Shown here in pieces: positions 42,727 through 52,167 of a stretch of 64,000 bases of DNA. Under the pieces are notes generated by a model, which was given only the letters and a program-made list of their open reading frames with translations, ran no database searches and was not told the origin of the DNA. Positions within the stretch are counted from its first letter, which is position 1; every line of letters begins with the position of its first letter. The translations under genes were made by a program, and so were the position numbers. The stretch is from an uncultured Solirubrobacterales bacterium (lineage in GTDB: Bacteria; Actinomycetota; Thermoleophilia; Solirubrobacterales; Solirubrobacteraceae): the NCBI GenBank assembly GCA_963695305.1, contig OY968774.1, forward strand, positions 1,640,471 to 1,704,470, written 5' to 3'.

Positions 42727-43012
42727 TCTGGGGCGGGTGCTTATAGCCCGGGTGGGGTTGTACGTGCTTGCACCCCGCTCGTTGCGGGAGAAGCCACGCA
42801 AAACGATGTTTGGTATCCGTGGGTTTCGGCAACACTCGTATGTACGAGGGCATCGTTCCTCCCTCGTTCCCTCCCCGGATCGACCCGCCCGAGTGCGGGT
42901 CGATCTGCGTCAGGACCGTCCTTCCGTGGGGGGCATGGTTGGGTAGTCCGTGTTGGTGGTGTGGGGGTAAATGGGATGGTTTGCGCGGCGGCGATGGTAG
43001 GTTCGTTGGCTG

Positions 43013-43531
43013 ATGGGGAACTCGCGAGTGTCGGTGCGCACCTTGCTCCTGGTTGGGGGAGCGGTGGCTGTGGTGGTGGTGTTCGCGGTGGTGGGGCTCG
43101 CGGGGAAGAGCACGCCGACGGGGAGGGCGGCGCCGGCGCTCCCGACAGAGCGACTCGCGGGGGGGGATGCGACGCTCGCTTCCCTGCACGGGCGGCCGGC
43201 GGTGGTGACCTTCTGGGCGAGTTGGTGTGAACCGTGCGTGCAGGAGGCGCCGGCGATCGAGCGCTTCGCACGGAGTTTGAACGGGAGGGGGGCGATGGTG
43301 GGGGTGAACTGGGGGGATACGTCGGTGGGGTCGGCGAGGGGGTTCATCAAGCGGTATGGGTGGAGTTTCCCCAACCTGCGCGACCCGGAAGAGACCTCGG
43401 GGCAGAAGTTCGGGGTGAGGGTGTTGCCGACGACGTTTGTGCTCGACGGGGAGGGGAGGGTGAGGGGAACCTTGAGGGGTCCGCAGAGCGAACGGTCGCT
43501 GAAGCGCGCGATTGCGTCGGTGGGCGGCTGA
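43013..43531 (+). CDS. TlpA/ResA-like thiol-disulfide oxidoreductase
   Basis: N-terminal TM, FWASWCEPC, LPTTFVLD. Confidence 0.92.
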   Translation: MGNSRVSVRTLLLVGGAVAVVVVFAVVGLAGKSTPTGRAAPALPTERLAGGDATLASLHGRPAVVTFWASWCEPCVQEAPAIERFARSLNGRGAMVGVNWGDTSVGSARGFIKRYGWSFPNLRDPEETSGQKFGVRVLPTTFVLDGEGRVRGTLRGPQSERSLKRAIASVGG

Positions 43532-44444
43532 GGGAGTCCGCCGGGGGGTCGAATATTTTGCACGCGTGCGACACGTTCACTGGAGATCGCGTGCGGCGGT
43601 AAGCAAGCTGGTGTTGGTTGTTGTACTGGGTGGGGGTGTTGGGGGATCGGTCGTGCTCAGCGGAATGGCGGCGCCCTCGGCGGCGACGCTGCGCGTCGCC
43701 GTGAGGTCCCCCGTCAGACGGGCGCGCGTGCCACACCGTTCCAAGACGGTGTCGAGATTCCCCAGCTCGCATGGGGTGATCTCAGCCGCTCATTACCTCG
43801 CGGGGAGGGAGGGGGAGAAGGCGTTTGCGGTGTACAGCAACAAGCACAAAATCTCGGGTGTGAAAGTGCACGAGCGGTTTCACTCGGCGAGCGTGGTGAA
43901 GTCGATGTTGTTGGTGGCGTACTTGAAAAAGTTGGGAGGGGAACAGCGCCGCTTGGATAGCGGGAGCGAGGGGTTGATGTATCCGATGATTCACTCCTCC
44001 GACAACGGGGCGGCGTCGGCGATCTTCGCGATCGTGGGGGAGGGGGGGCTTGCGAGGGTGGCGAGGGAGGCGCACATGGTTGATTACGAGTCGGGTGAGG
44101 GGGTGTGGGGTTTCACCGAGATCTCCGCGGCGGATATGGCGCGGTTCTTCTACATCCAGGACAGGTTGATACCGCGCCGCTTCGATGGGTATGCGAGGTG
44201 GTTGTTCTCGCACATCGAAGCGAGTGAGAGCTGGGGGATACCGGCGGCGGCGCGTCCTAAGTTTGAAGTGTTCTTCAAGGGAGGGTGGTTGCCGGAAATC
44301 GAAGGGTTGGTGAACCAGGTGGCGCGGTTGGAGCGGGGGAAGGAGACGTTCGCGATGGCGGTGCTGACCCGCGGTGATCCGTCGATGGGGTATGGGGAGG
44401 AGACGCTGGAGGGTGTCGCGGCGCGTTTGATTCAGGGGGCGTAG
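43512..44444 (+). CDS. Serine hydrolase / class A beta-lactamase-like protein (true start probably further downstream)
   Basis: SASVVK (SxxK), SDN, FKGGW motifs. Confidence 0.8.
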   Translation: MRRWAAEGVRRGVEYFARVRHVHWRSRAAVSKLVLVVVLGGGVGGSVVLSGMAAPSAATLRVAVRSPVRRARVPHRSKTVSRFPSSHGVISAAHYLAGREGEKAFAVYSNKHKISGVKVHERFHSASVVKSMLLVAYLKKLGGEQRRLDSGSEGLMYPMIHSSDNGAASAIFAIVGEGGLARVAREAHMVDYESGEGVWGFTEISAADMARFFYIQDRLIPRRFDGYARWLFSHIEASESWGIPAAARPKFEVFFKGGWLPEIEGLVNQVARLERGKETFAMAVLTRGDPSMGYGEETLEGVAARLIQGA

Positions 44445-44516
44445 GGCAGGTAGCCGCTCGGTGCCCGATTTGGAGGAAGCAGCTGGTAGCGGTGGCTCGC
44501 CCGGCTTAGAGTGGGA

Positions 44517-44816
44517 TCAGTCGAGCTCGGAGGAGCGCTCCATATCGGCTTCGCCGTTTTCGCTCGTGGCATTCTCCTCCTCCTTGCGGCCTTGGTCGTG
44601 GAGGATCGCGTGGGCTGCATGTTGGTCGCCGTGGGAGGCGTGGTCGATGAGTGCGCGCTCGGCGTCCTCGAAGCCCTCGGCCTCCCCGCCGCCGGCCTCG
44701 CTGAGGGGGCGGAGCGCGGGATCGCGCTCCTCGGACCCGCCACGGCCGCCGATAGCCGCGGCTTCACGGGCGGCCTCGTCGGTCTCCTCTTGCTCGTATG
44801 GGGGGTCGGGGTTCAT
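44517..44816 (-). CDS. Small acidic hypothetical protein
   Basis: GGAGAG-type RBS; compact ORF filling the intergenic gap. Confidence 0.65.
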   Translation of the reverse strand: MNPDPPYEQEETDEAAREAAAIGGRGGSEERDPALRPLSEAGGGEAEGFEDAERALIDHASHGDQHAAHAILHDQGRKEEENATSENGEADMERSSELD

Positions 44817-44971
44817 CGGGCTCTCCCTTGTAGGAATCTGACCCTAAGTTACCCCGGCGGCGGGGGGCCGCAACCGTTGAATGCCGTAGCGGGGATGTAG
44901 TGGGCCGTTCAAGTCCCGAGCGTCCGCAGGCGGGCGTTGACCGGGAGGGCCGGGAGTGAGAAACTCCCGCC

Positions 44972-45352
44972 ATGACCCAGATACCGGCAAGCGTGACAAC
45001 AGACCTCCTCGACGCGATCGTGGCGAGAGATTTCCCCCGCGCCCAAGCTGTAATGCACCCTGAAGTGGACTTCCGGGCGATGACCCCGAAGCGAACGTGG
45101 GAGGCGGAGGACCCCGAAGGCGTGGAGGGGGTGTTGCGGGCCTGGTTCGAGCATCCCGAGCGGGAGGTCGAGCGTGTAGAGCCGACAGAGCCCGGAGCGG
45201 TCGAGGACACAGTGCGCGTGGGGTGGCGCGTGTACGGGACCGACGCGAGCGGTCCGTTTGTCTTTGAGCAGCAGGCGTTCCTACGCGAGGAGGCCGGGAG
45301 GGTTGTGTGGATGAGGGTGATGTGCAGCGGGCCCCGGCCGGTGTCTGTCTAG
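44972..45352 (+). CDS. SnoaL/NTF2-like hypothetical protein
   Basis: DAIVARDF.......HPEVDFRA pattern. Confidence 0.7.
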   Translation: MTQIPASVTTDLLDAIVARDFPRAQAVMHPEVDFRAMTPKRTWEAEDPEGVEGVLRAWFEHPEREVERVEPTEPGAVEDTVRVGWRVYGTDASGPFVFEQQAFLREEAGRVVWMRVMCSGPRPVSV

Positions 45353-45506
45353 ACGAACGCTGGATCGAAGGTATCGAGAGGTTGCCGTGCGCGTCTCGTC
45401 CTGAGCAGCCGTCTGACGTCGCGCCCCGCGCGCGTTCGTATCTGGCTTGAAGCGGTAGGCTTCGCCTCCAGTCAGATTCTTGGTGGGCTAACAAACAGGG
45501 GGTCAG

Positions 45507-46127
45507 ATGCCGCTTAAGGTAGTCGGAGCCGGGGTGGGTCGGACGGGCACCCACTCACTTAAGCTCGCGCTTGAGCAGCTGCTCGGAGGTCGTTGCCACC
45601 ACATGGTTGAGATCATCGGCGATCCCGCCCAGGCGTCTGGGTGGACCGACGCGGTCGATGGCCGTGATGTCGATTGGGGGGAGCTGTTGAGCGGCTACGT
45701 CGCACAGGTTGATTGGCCGGGAGCCTCCTTCTGGCGTGAGATCTCCGCGGCGAATCCCGAGGCGCTGGTGTTGCTCTCCACCCGCGAGCCGGACGCCTGG
45801 TATCGCAGTGCGTCCAACACGATCTTCCAGCCTGTTGCCAGTACTCCGCCTGGACTTGAGCAGTGGTTTGGGGCGACACTCCACAAGATGTTCGAGGAGC
45901 GCTTCTCCGACGATCTGGAAAACCCGACCAAGATGATGGAAGCGTTCGAGCGCCACAATGCTGAAGTGCGAGCAGGCGTCCCCGCAGACCGTCTGCTGGA
46001 GTGGACGGTGTCTGACGGCTGGGAGCCGATTTGCGAGCGGCTGGGCGTGGCCGTCCCGAACGAGGCATTTCCCGCTACCAACAGCACGAACGAAACGCGC
46101 GCGATCCTGGGCATGCCAGCGTTGTAG
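45507..46127 (+). CDS. Sulfotransferase family protein
   Basis: VVGAG.GRTGT.SLK.ALE, DWPG, GWEP.CE.LG..VP...FP..N. Confidence 0.88.
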   Translation: MPLKVVGAGVGRTGTHSLKLALEQLLGGRCHHMVEIIGDPAQASGWTDAVDGRDVDWGELLSGYVAQVDWPGASFWREISAANPEALVLLSTREPDAWYRSASNTIFQPVASTPPGLEQWFGATLHKMFEERFSDDLENPTKMMEAFERHNAEVRAGVPADRLLEWTVSDGWEPICERLGVAVPNEAFPATNSTNETRAILGMPAL

Positions 46128-46235
46128 GAAGTGACAGAGTCCGCTGTCGGCTGAAGGCCCCCGCCAACCTAGGGCCGTGACAAGCGTCTTCATCGGAGGG
46201 GCGAAGAAAACTGCCGTTTTGCAGGCACTTCGTAA

Positions 46236-46276
46236 AGGCGACGACCGGAATCGAACCGGTGTAAACGGCTTTGCAG
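46236..46276 (-). mobile_element. att site: displaced 3' half of tRNA-Cys(GCA)
   Basis: Minus strand CTGCAAAGCCGTTTACACCGGTTCGATTCCGGTCGTCGCCT has anticodon loop, T-arm and acceptor 3' strand but no D-arm or 5' strand. Confidence 0.85.
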
Positions 46277-46330
46277 GGTTCCCAGAAGGGTGGTTTTTGG
46301 CTTAGCTAAGCGGTTCTTAGGGATCTGCGG

Positions 46331-46350
46331 TGCTCTCAGATGCTCTCAGA
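46331..46350. repeat. Tandem 10-bp direct repeat TGCTCTCAGA x2, putative integrase arm-type sites
   Basis: Exact tandem repeat ~55 bp inside the att core; palindrome GCTTAGCTAAGC at 46300-46311 nearby. Confidence 0.5.
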
Positions 46351-46508
46351 AAACGCTTTATTGGGCTGCCTGTTGGGCAGCCTGATTGTGGCTTGGCGTG
46401 GAGTGGCCGGCGATACGTTTCGTGGCTAGGCCCTCTCGCGCGTCGCCACGCCGCGGCCAGCAGATCTACATTGACCACGATATCCACAAATGCTACAATT
46501 CCTCCATC

Positions 46509-46781
46509 ATGAGTATCGTTCTCGCTCCACCCACGATCTCGATCAAGGATGCGGCGGCTCGCTTGGGTGTCCATGAGAACACCGTGCGGGCATGGTTTGA
46601 TGACGGCATCCTGAAGGGCTACATGAGCCCAACGGGCCGTCGTAAGGTCATGTTGGACTCTGTTGAGCGTCGCACGCGCGAGATGTTCGGCGTGCCCGTC
46701 CGCGCGGTCGAGCTTGGTGGGCCCACGGCTCCTCCCCGGCAGCTCGACACGCTTGAGCAAGCGCAGAGCCGTCTGCCCTGA
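46509..46781 (+). CDS. MerR-like/excisionase-type HTH DNA-binding protein
   Basis: ISIKDAAARLGVHENTVRAWFDDGIL.....PTGRRK; TACAAT upstream. Confidence 0.8.
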   Translation: MSIVLAPPTISIKDAAARLGVHENTVRAWFDDGILKGYMSPTGRRKVMLDSVERRTREMFGVPVRAVELGGPTAPPRQLDTLEQAQSRLP

Positions 46782-46828
46782 CCCCTGAGATGTGATGCCC
46801 GTCCGCCTCCGCGCCTAGCCTTGGCGCT

Positions 46829-47461
46829 GTGAAGCTGGACGATCCACAGGACTACTATGCCGAGCGAGAGGTGAGCCACACGGCTCAGGGCGACATCCAC
46901 GCCGGTGTGCCATTCGTGCATGCGACGATGTTCTCCCCTGAGTTCGAGGCTGCCGGAGCCCGCAAGCGCCCGGACGCTGCCGACCCCGACCAGGCGGTCG
47001 TCACGTCCCATCACGGCCTCGGAGTCGTGCTGCACTACACGTGTGGCATTACGGCACAGCCCCCCGGCACCGGTGGCTATGCGCACGAGTTCCGGCTCAT
47101 CGCGCCGATCGTCTCGCTGGGGACGCTCAAGAAATGGGGCATGAAGAACAACGAGTTGCGCAAGCTCCGGGACGGATACACGCTGCAGGGCTTCATGTAT
47201 CTACCACAGGTCGAGCCCGTGCTGTTCGACGGCCGCGCAGAAGGCCACGATGAGTACGGTGGCCATGCTGCGGCCCTGATCTACCGACCGGCGACCGTCA
47301 GTCAGGCGCTCCTTGACCAGGCACCGCGCATCACGCGCCTGACCGCAGACGCGACGCGGATTCTCGATGCCGCGCTCATCCAAACATATACGCCCAACAA
47401 CTTCGACTGGCATGCGCTCGCCGAGCCGGATCTCAGTGATGGTTGGGCTGGTCCTTGCTGA
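46829..47461 (+). CDS. Hypothetical protein with QGDI...VVL..TC motif
   Basis: 210-aa globular-looking ORF directly downstream of the HTH gene. Confidence 0.7.
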   Translation: MKLDDPQDYYAEREVSHTAQGDIHAGVPFVHATMFSPEFEAAGARKRPDAADPDQAVVTSHHGLGVVLHYTCGITAQPPGTGGYAHEFRLIAPIVSLGTLKKWGMKNNELRKLRDGYTLQGFMYLPQVEPVLFDGRAEGHDEYGGHAAALIYRPATVSQALLDQAPRITRLTADATRILDAALIQTYTPNNFDWHALAEPDLSDGWAGPC

Positions 47462-47921
47462 CGACGACGCGGTCGTGGTCTGACTTGCCCACCGGTTAAT
47501 CTGGGTTTCTACGAGTTACCCGGCGAGCATGGGACAACGACGTATGACTTCTCAGAGCTACATCAGGCGTCTGCCGTGCACCGAGCCTGCAAACGCTCGA
47601 TTGGCGAAGCCATCACCTTCCCCCACCAACACCACCCCACCACCTTCGCAAGCGCCAAAGACATCGCCAATGCCATCAACCGAATCCGCTAGAAGACACC
47701 CATCAGCCATGCAGCCCTATCTCAAGGTCTGAGCCGATCAGCCAGACCAGGGCGGTGAAGGAAGCGCTCTTGCTCCGCCCGGCGACAGCGACCGTGTTCG
47801 GCTCGTGGGGCGGCACTGCTGAGACTCGTCCACCGTATGCGTGAGCGTGACACCTGCTCGGATACTCGCACTTCCCCCGAAAGCGGGAGCCGCGCGACCT
47901 GCCGCATGGAGCTAGAGGCAG

Positions 47922-48890
47922 CTACGATGCAAGGAAGCGTTCGATGTCCGCAGTCTCGCGGGCGAGCGCCGGAGCGGGCGTGGGCCGTCCGAACCACGCC
48001 GGCTCGGGACGGCCCTTCTCGATGGACCAAGTACCCGTTGCTGCTCCGCGATTGAGTACGACGGGTTTGAGCATCCCACCGCCCCTCAGGACATGATGAT
48101 CGTGCTCGGCGAGGACGAATGGCTCGCGAGTGCGGTAGCCGAGCATGAGCGTGTCGAAGGCGGCGAGCAGCAGACAGGGCGGTGTGTCATCGGTGGGCAA
48201 CAGGTCAACGTCGCTCGGCGGTCCGGCGGCTTCGAGCGCCCGGCGCGCCTGTGTGATGGGCAGCGAGGACCACTTCGCGAGGTCGGTTGCGTCGCAGGGA
48301 CCGTAGCCTGCGCGGTAGCGGGCGCCAAGGATCGCGAGTGCCTCGTCGGGGTCGACCGCCGGGGGCGGATCGGCCGCGTGCAGCAGGCCGGTAGTGTCGG
48401 TGACGATGAGCCCCTGCGTCGAGAGCCAGGGAACGAGTGTGTTGATCGGACCCTGCTCGAGCGACGGGTGGCCGCGCTCGACGAGCGCGCGCAGCAGCGA
48501 GGGCCGGTCGCGGGGGCGCTCGCCGCAGAGCTCAACGACGTCCCCACACATGGCGTTTACCTCCTCCACGATGCCGAAGCGCGCGAAGCGCACGCCGAAC
48601 ACGCGGGCATTTCGCCTGGCGAATAGCGCGTGCAGCCAGGGGCGATCGGATGCCGCGATCAGGTGCACCGTGCCGCGGACCGTCCACGTGCGCAGGAGCG
48701 GCGCGGCGCGGACGGCGCTTCGGGTGAGGCCGGGCACGCGCGAGCGCAGTGCAAGAGCCGCGGCGCGCAGATCCTGAGCCTGCACGCCGATTACAGCCAA
48801 CGCCGCTTCCTCGGCGCTCTTGCACGCCGTTGCCGGCGTCAGCCGCTGCGCCGCCAGACGGCCAGCACGCAGTCGCTCGTCAGCGTCCAT
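47922..48890 (-). CDS. AlkZ/YcaQ (HTH_42) family DNA glycosylase
   Basis: GVQAQD, RTWTVRGTVHL, LLAAFD..MLGY, C-terminal VL..G...GTW. Confidence 0.85.
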   Translation of the reverse strand: MDADERLRAGRLAAQRLTPATACKSAEEAALAVIGVQAQDLRAAALALRSRVPGLTRSAVRAAPLLRTWTVRGTVHLIAASDRPWLHALFARRNARVFGVRFARFGIVEEVNAMCGDVVELCGERPRDRPSLLRALVERGHPSLEQGPINTLVPWLSTQGLIVTDTTGLLHAADPPPAVDPDEALAILGARYRAGYGPCDATDLAKWSSLPITQARRALEAAGPPSDVDLLPTDDTPPCLLLAAFDTLMLGYRTREPFVLAEHDHHVLRGGGMLKPVVLNRGAATGTWSIEKGRPEPAWFGRPTPAPALARETADIERFLAS

Positions 48891-49208
48891 CAGACAATCC
48901 TCGCATTCAGGCCGCAGATCACCGCTGCCCTAGACAGGGTGGAGCGGCCGGGCCTCTTCTGCTGTGCCGAGGATCATGGCTGGGACCGCCGCGCTGCTCA
49001 CTGCCGCCGCCGACCAAGAGCGGGAGCATCCAGTCCGAGGCGCCAAGCTCTCGCCTGGGATGGGAGGAGGCGTGCGGTCGCCGACCGTCGAGATACTTCG
49101 GTTTCGTCCAAACCAGGCACGCCGTCGGCGCGCTGCATGACGCTCGCTAAGCCCGCAGAGCAGCAGCGCCGGCGACGCTTCTCATCGCCGGTCAGTCTCG
49201 GCCGCCGA

Positions 49209-49350
49209 CTACGCCTCGACTAGAGTCGCTGCTAGCCCCTCGAAGGCGCCGTAGCCGTGCTCGCGCGAGAGCTCGAGCGCGCGGGCGGCATGTTCGCGTG
49301 CTCGAGCAGCATCGCCTCGCCCGGCGAGCGCCTGCGCCCAGCCCAACCTG
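49209..49350 (-). pseudogene. Possible remnant of a TPR-type protein C-terminus
   Basis: AWAQALAGRGDAARAREHAARALELSREHGY is TPR-like but has no credible upstream gene body. Confidence 0.3.
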
Positions 49351-49528
49351 GTTGAGGGCGACTTCAGTGCGCGTTGGGTGATCGGGCGTGTCTTCGCGTT
49401 AGCAGAGCCATTCGGATGCGTTGCCAGGTCAACACAGCTCCCACCGGAGTGGTCGTCCCAAGACGTCGATGCATACCGACGGCGCGAAGACGAACAGCGG
49501 CTCACGATGATCTAATCTGTACGATCTG

Positions 49529-51313
49529 GTGAACTTATCGGCCTCTGCGGTGGCAGACATCCTCAGTGCGTGCAGCACTCCGCAATCGGCCTTAGAATTG
49601 TGTGACGCCCTTGTCCGGATTGGTTCGGAAGTGTTTGCCAAGGCACAGACCTCGATCTGGTTGCGCGACCGTCTTACGGGTGCCCACGTGCCGTTCGATA
49701 CGCAGGCGGTCGCTCGCTTTGCGGACTGGGAGCTGCCGACTCCAGCCATACCCGATCAGGGGCAGAATGCATTGTCCTCGCCCCATGACGTTGGGGCGGC
49801 GCTCCAGCCAAAACATGGTGCCAGGCGCCCGAGACCGGAAGTTGCCCAGCGGGGGATCGTGTGGCAGGCTATGCGCGGGGATAGCTGCGTAGGACTGTTG
49901 ATCGTCGAGGAGCATGTTGGCGAACAAACTCTGGATGGCCGGGATCCATTGGTCGGGGCCATTTGTCAGTCGATCTGCAATGCGATAGTGGTTGCCTATG
50001 ACCGTGAGCATGTCCACAAGCTGCTGCAGACACCACAGATCAACCTGGACTTCCGCGGCTCGCCGCAGGAGTTCTACGATAGCCTCGCCGCCCACGTAGC
50101 ACGCTCCGCTCGGATGCGGTTCGTTGCCATCCGTGAGTTCGACCACTCCGCATCATCTCTGGTCACCCTATCTGTACACGGGCTTAACGACCGTGATCTC
50201 AGCCGCTATGACCTTGAGGCGTTGGAGCGCTTTCCATCTTTTCAGGCAGCCCTGCGGGGAGACACCGTCGCGCTCTCGAACACAGCAGGATCAGAGATCC
50301 GCGCACTCCACGAGATCGAGGAGCTGCGCGACGTCAGGAGTTTCATGGTCGCGCCTTTGCAGACCAAAGGCGATTCGGTGGGTGTGGTCAGCGGGGCGTC
50401 CGATCATGCGTATGAATACTCGGGGACCGAGACACTTGGATTCATGAACCTTGCCCGCCACGTCTCGGTGAGCCTGAGCTACTTTCGCAGTGCACAGACT
50501 CAGCGCGAACAGCTCATTGAGCTGACAGAGACCGCAGCGGCGTTTACAGGCATCGAGGTCGCAGCCGCGGTTCGGCATGACGCAAAGCTCAAGGTCGCAA
50601 ACGTGACCTCCCGTATCGACATTATTGGCACCTCATTCAAACAAGGTAAGACCGCGGTTGGCCATGAACGGCTGAAGAAACTCAAGCTCGATGTAAATGA
50701 CCTGTATCGCTCCCTCGACCAGCTAAAGCTCATCACGGTTCCGCCCAAGCGCACCTCAGAGCGCATCGGACTGCATGCTCTAATCAAGGAGGCCATGTCT
50801 ACAGCGAGCGCCAACCTCGCCCAACGCGGGATCAGTCGCCCGATGGTGACCGGCCCGGATACGCAGGTGCTCGTCTACCGCGACTGGCTGCGCCAGGTGA
50901 TCGTCAATCTGTTGCTCAACAGCCTCGATGCATATGGCGCACGTCGTGCATCGCCGTCCTCGCGAGAGATCACAATTCGCATCGATGGGGTCACCGCGAA
51001 GGCAACCAAGGTTCAGTTCCAGTACAGCGACAACGCTGGTGGACTCCAACCCCACAAGCTGAGTCGTTCAGACGACACCCCGATACTTGACGCCGAGGCG
51101 GCGATCTTCGAGAAGGGCGTCACTTCAAAGAAGACTGGCACCGGATATGGGCTGTGGCTTGTACGGAGTATCATGACCGAGCACGGAGGCTCGATCAACC
51201 TTGTGGACCACCGCGGTGGAATGACCTTCTCGCTGGAGCTGCCGGTGCCTGCTGTGTCCCCGCTGCCGCCGCCGAAGACCAGCTCACGCAGAGGCCGCAC
51301 GTCGGGGCGCTGA
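49529..51313 (+). CDS. Soluble GAF-domain sensor histidine kinase
   Basis: GAF-like region (FMVAPLQTKGDSVGVV), H-box AVRHD, N-box VNLLLNSLDA, DNAGG, IFEKGVTSK..GTGYGL; no TM seen. Confidence 0.85.
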   Translation: MNLSASAVADILSACSTPQSALELCDALVRIGSEVFAKAQTSIWLRDRLTGAHVPFDTQAVARFADWELPTPAIPDQGQNALSSPHDVGAALQPKHGARRPRPEVAQRGIVWQAMRGDSCVGLLIVEEHVGEQTLDGRDPLVGAICQSICNAIVVAYDREHVHKLLQTPQINLDFRGSPQEFYDSLAAHVARSARMRFVAIREFDHSASSLVTLSVHGLNDRDLSRYDLEALERFPSFQAALRGDTVALSNTAGSEIRALHEIEELRDVRSFMVAPLQTKGDSVGVVSGASDHAYEYSGTETLGFMNLARHVSVSLSYFRSAQTQREQLIELTETAAAFTGIEVAAAVRHDAKLKVANVTSRIDIIGTSFKQGKTAVGHERLKKLKLDVNDLYRSLDQLKLITVPPKRTSERIGLHALIKEAMSTASANLAQRGISRPMVTGPDTQVLVYRDWLRQVIVNLLLNSLDAYGARRASPSSREITIRIDGVTAKATKVQFQYSDNAGGLQPHKLSRSDDTPILDAEAAIFEKGVTSKKTGTGYGLWLVRSIMTEHGGSINLVDHRGGMTFSLELPVPAVSPLPPPKTSSRRGRTSGR

Positions 51314-51367
51314 CAGCACTCGCCCCGTCCTTCTATCTCCGATCAATCCTCACACTGCCCAACCGTC

Positions 51368-52105
51368 CTAACATCGCCCACCGGACGATCGAGCGCGGAT
51401 CAATATTCCATTGTGCACTTTGGTCAAACAATAGCCTGTGGATGCATCGGGTGAGCCCTTCGCTTGTGCGCTAGTGCTGGTGCTCTGCGGGGGATCCCGG
51501 ATCGTGGTGGCGGCACTCTGCGAAGAGGCCAGATTCAGAGCGGCCACCAGCAAACTACCGAAAGTACACAGGAGCAGTACCAGCCCGACCGCCATGCCGC
51601 TGGCTATGACGGTCACCCGCTCGGGTGTGATCGCGGTGGAGCTGAGCATCTCGATCCGATCGAAATTCGACGCCGTAGACTGTTCGAGTGCTTGCACGGA
51701 GGTGTTGGACTGCTGAACTTGGGCCTGCAGCTCCGCCAAGACTAGGGCGACCTCGATCTCGGGTGAGACTTCCTCGGGGGCGACCTTCAGTGCCATACGG
51801 ACCGTCTGGGCGGTGTCAGAATTCTCGGCCTCACTGCGCTGCATCACATAGCGAGCAGTATGCTTTGGTAGCACTCGCTCCAGCAGCTCCATAATCCTGC
51901 GCTCGCTCTCAAGAACGGCCGCAGGAACTTCGGTCGACTCCTGATCGTGGCGAGGCTCGTGGCGAGGTCGGATCCCGAACGCTTGCGCGGTCATTCGCAG
52001 TACCACGGCCGCGAGCATGCCTACGATCAGCGCCGCCACGAACAGTAGCGTCGCATCCGAGGATATGACGAGAGCGAGCACGAGTATCAGGATCGTGCCG
52101 AACAT
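51368..52105 (-). CDS. Hypothetical membrane protein
   Basis: N-terminal 2 TM, helical/coiled middle, TM near C-terminus. Confidence 0.7.
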   Translation of the reverse strand: MFGTILILVLALVISSDATLLFVAALIVGMLAAVVLRMTAQAFGIRPRHEPRHDQESTEVPAAVLESERRIMELLERVLPKHTARYVMQRSEAENSDTAQTVRMALKVAPEEVSPEIEVALVLAELQAQVQQSNTSVQALEQSTASNFDRIEMLSSTAITPERVTVIASGMAVGLVLLLCTFGSLLVAALNLASSQSAATTIRDPPQSTSTSAQAKGSPDASTGYCLTKVHNGILIRARSSGGRC

Positions 52106-52167
52106 CGAGTCACCCGAGTCATCACACCGATGGCCAAGTCGTCATCGCGATTCGGGGAGACTCGCCA

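Noticed and set aside
41665-43189. Antisense ORFs over the GGDEF gene, including an ATG with a GGAGG upstream near 42853
   Set aside because: Overlap a well-supported gene and give low-complexity products; the SD-like tract is better explained by the CU-rich element on the other strand.
46236-46310. Functional tRNA-Cys gene
   Set aside because: No D-arm or 5' acceptor strand, and the anticodon stem cannot pair (GAACC vs GCCGT); treated as an att remnant.
47460-47690. Open frame ending YDFSELHQ...ANAINRIR at 47690
   Set aside because: No standard start codon or RBS and no recognisable motif; at most a remnant.
49209-49505. 98-aa ORF as a real gene
   Set aside because: Only the last ~40 aa look protein-like (TPR); kept as a low-confidence remnant.
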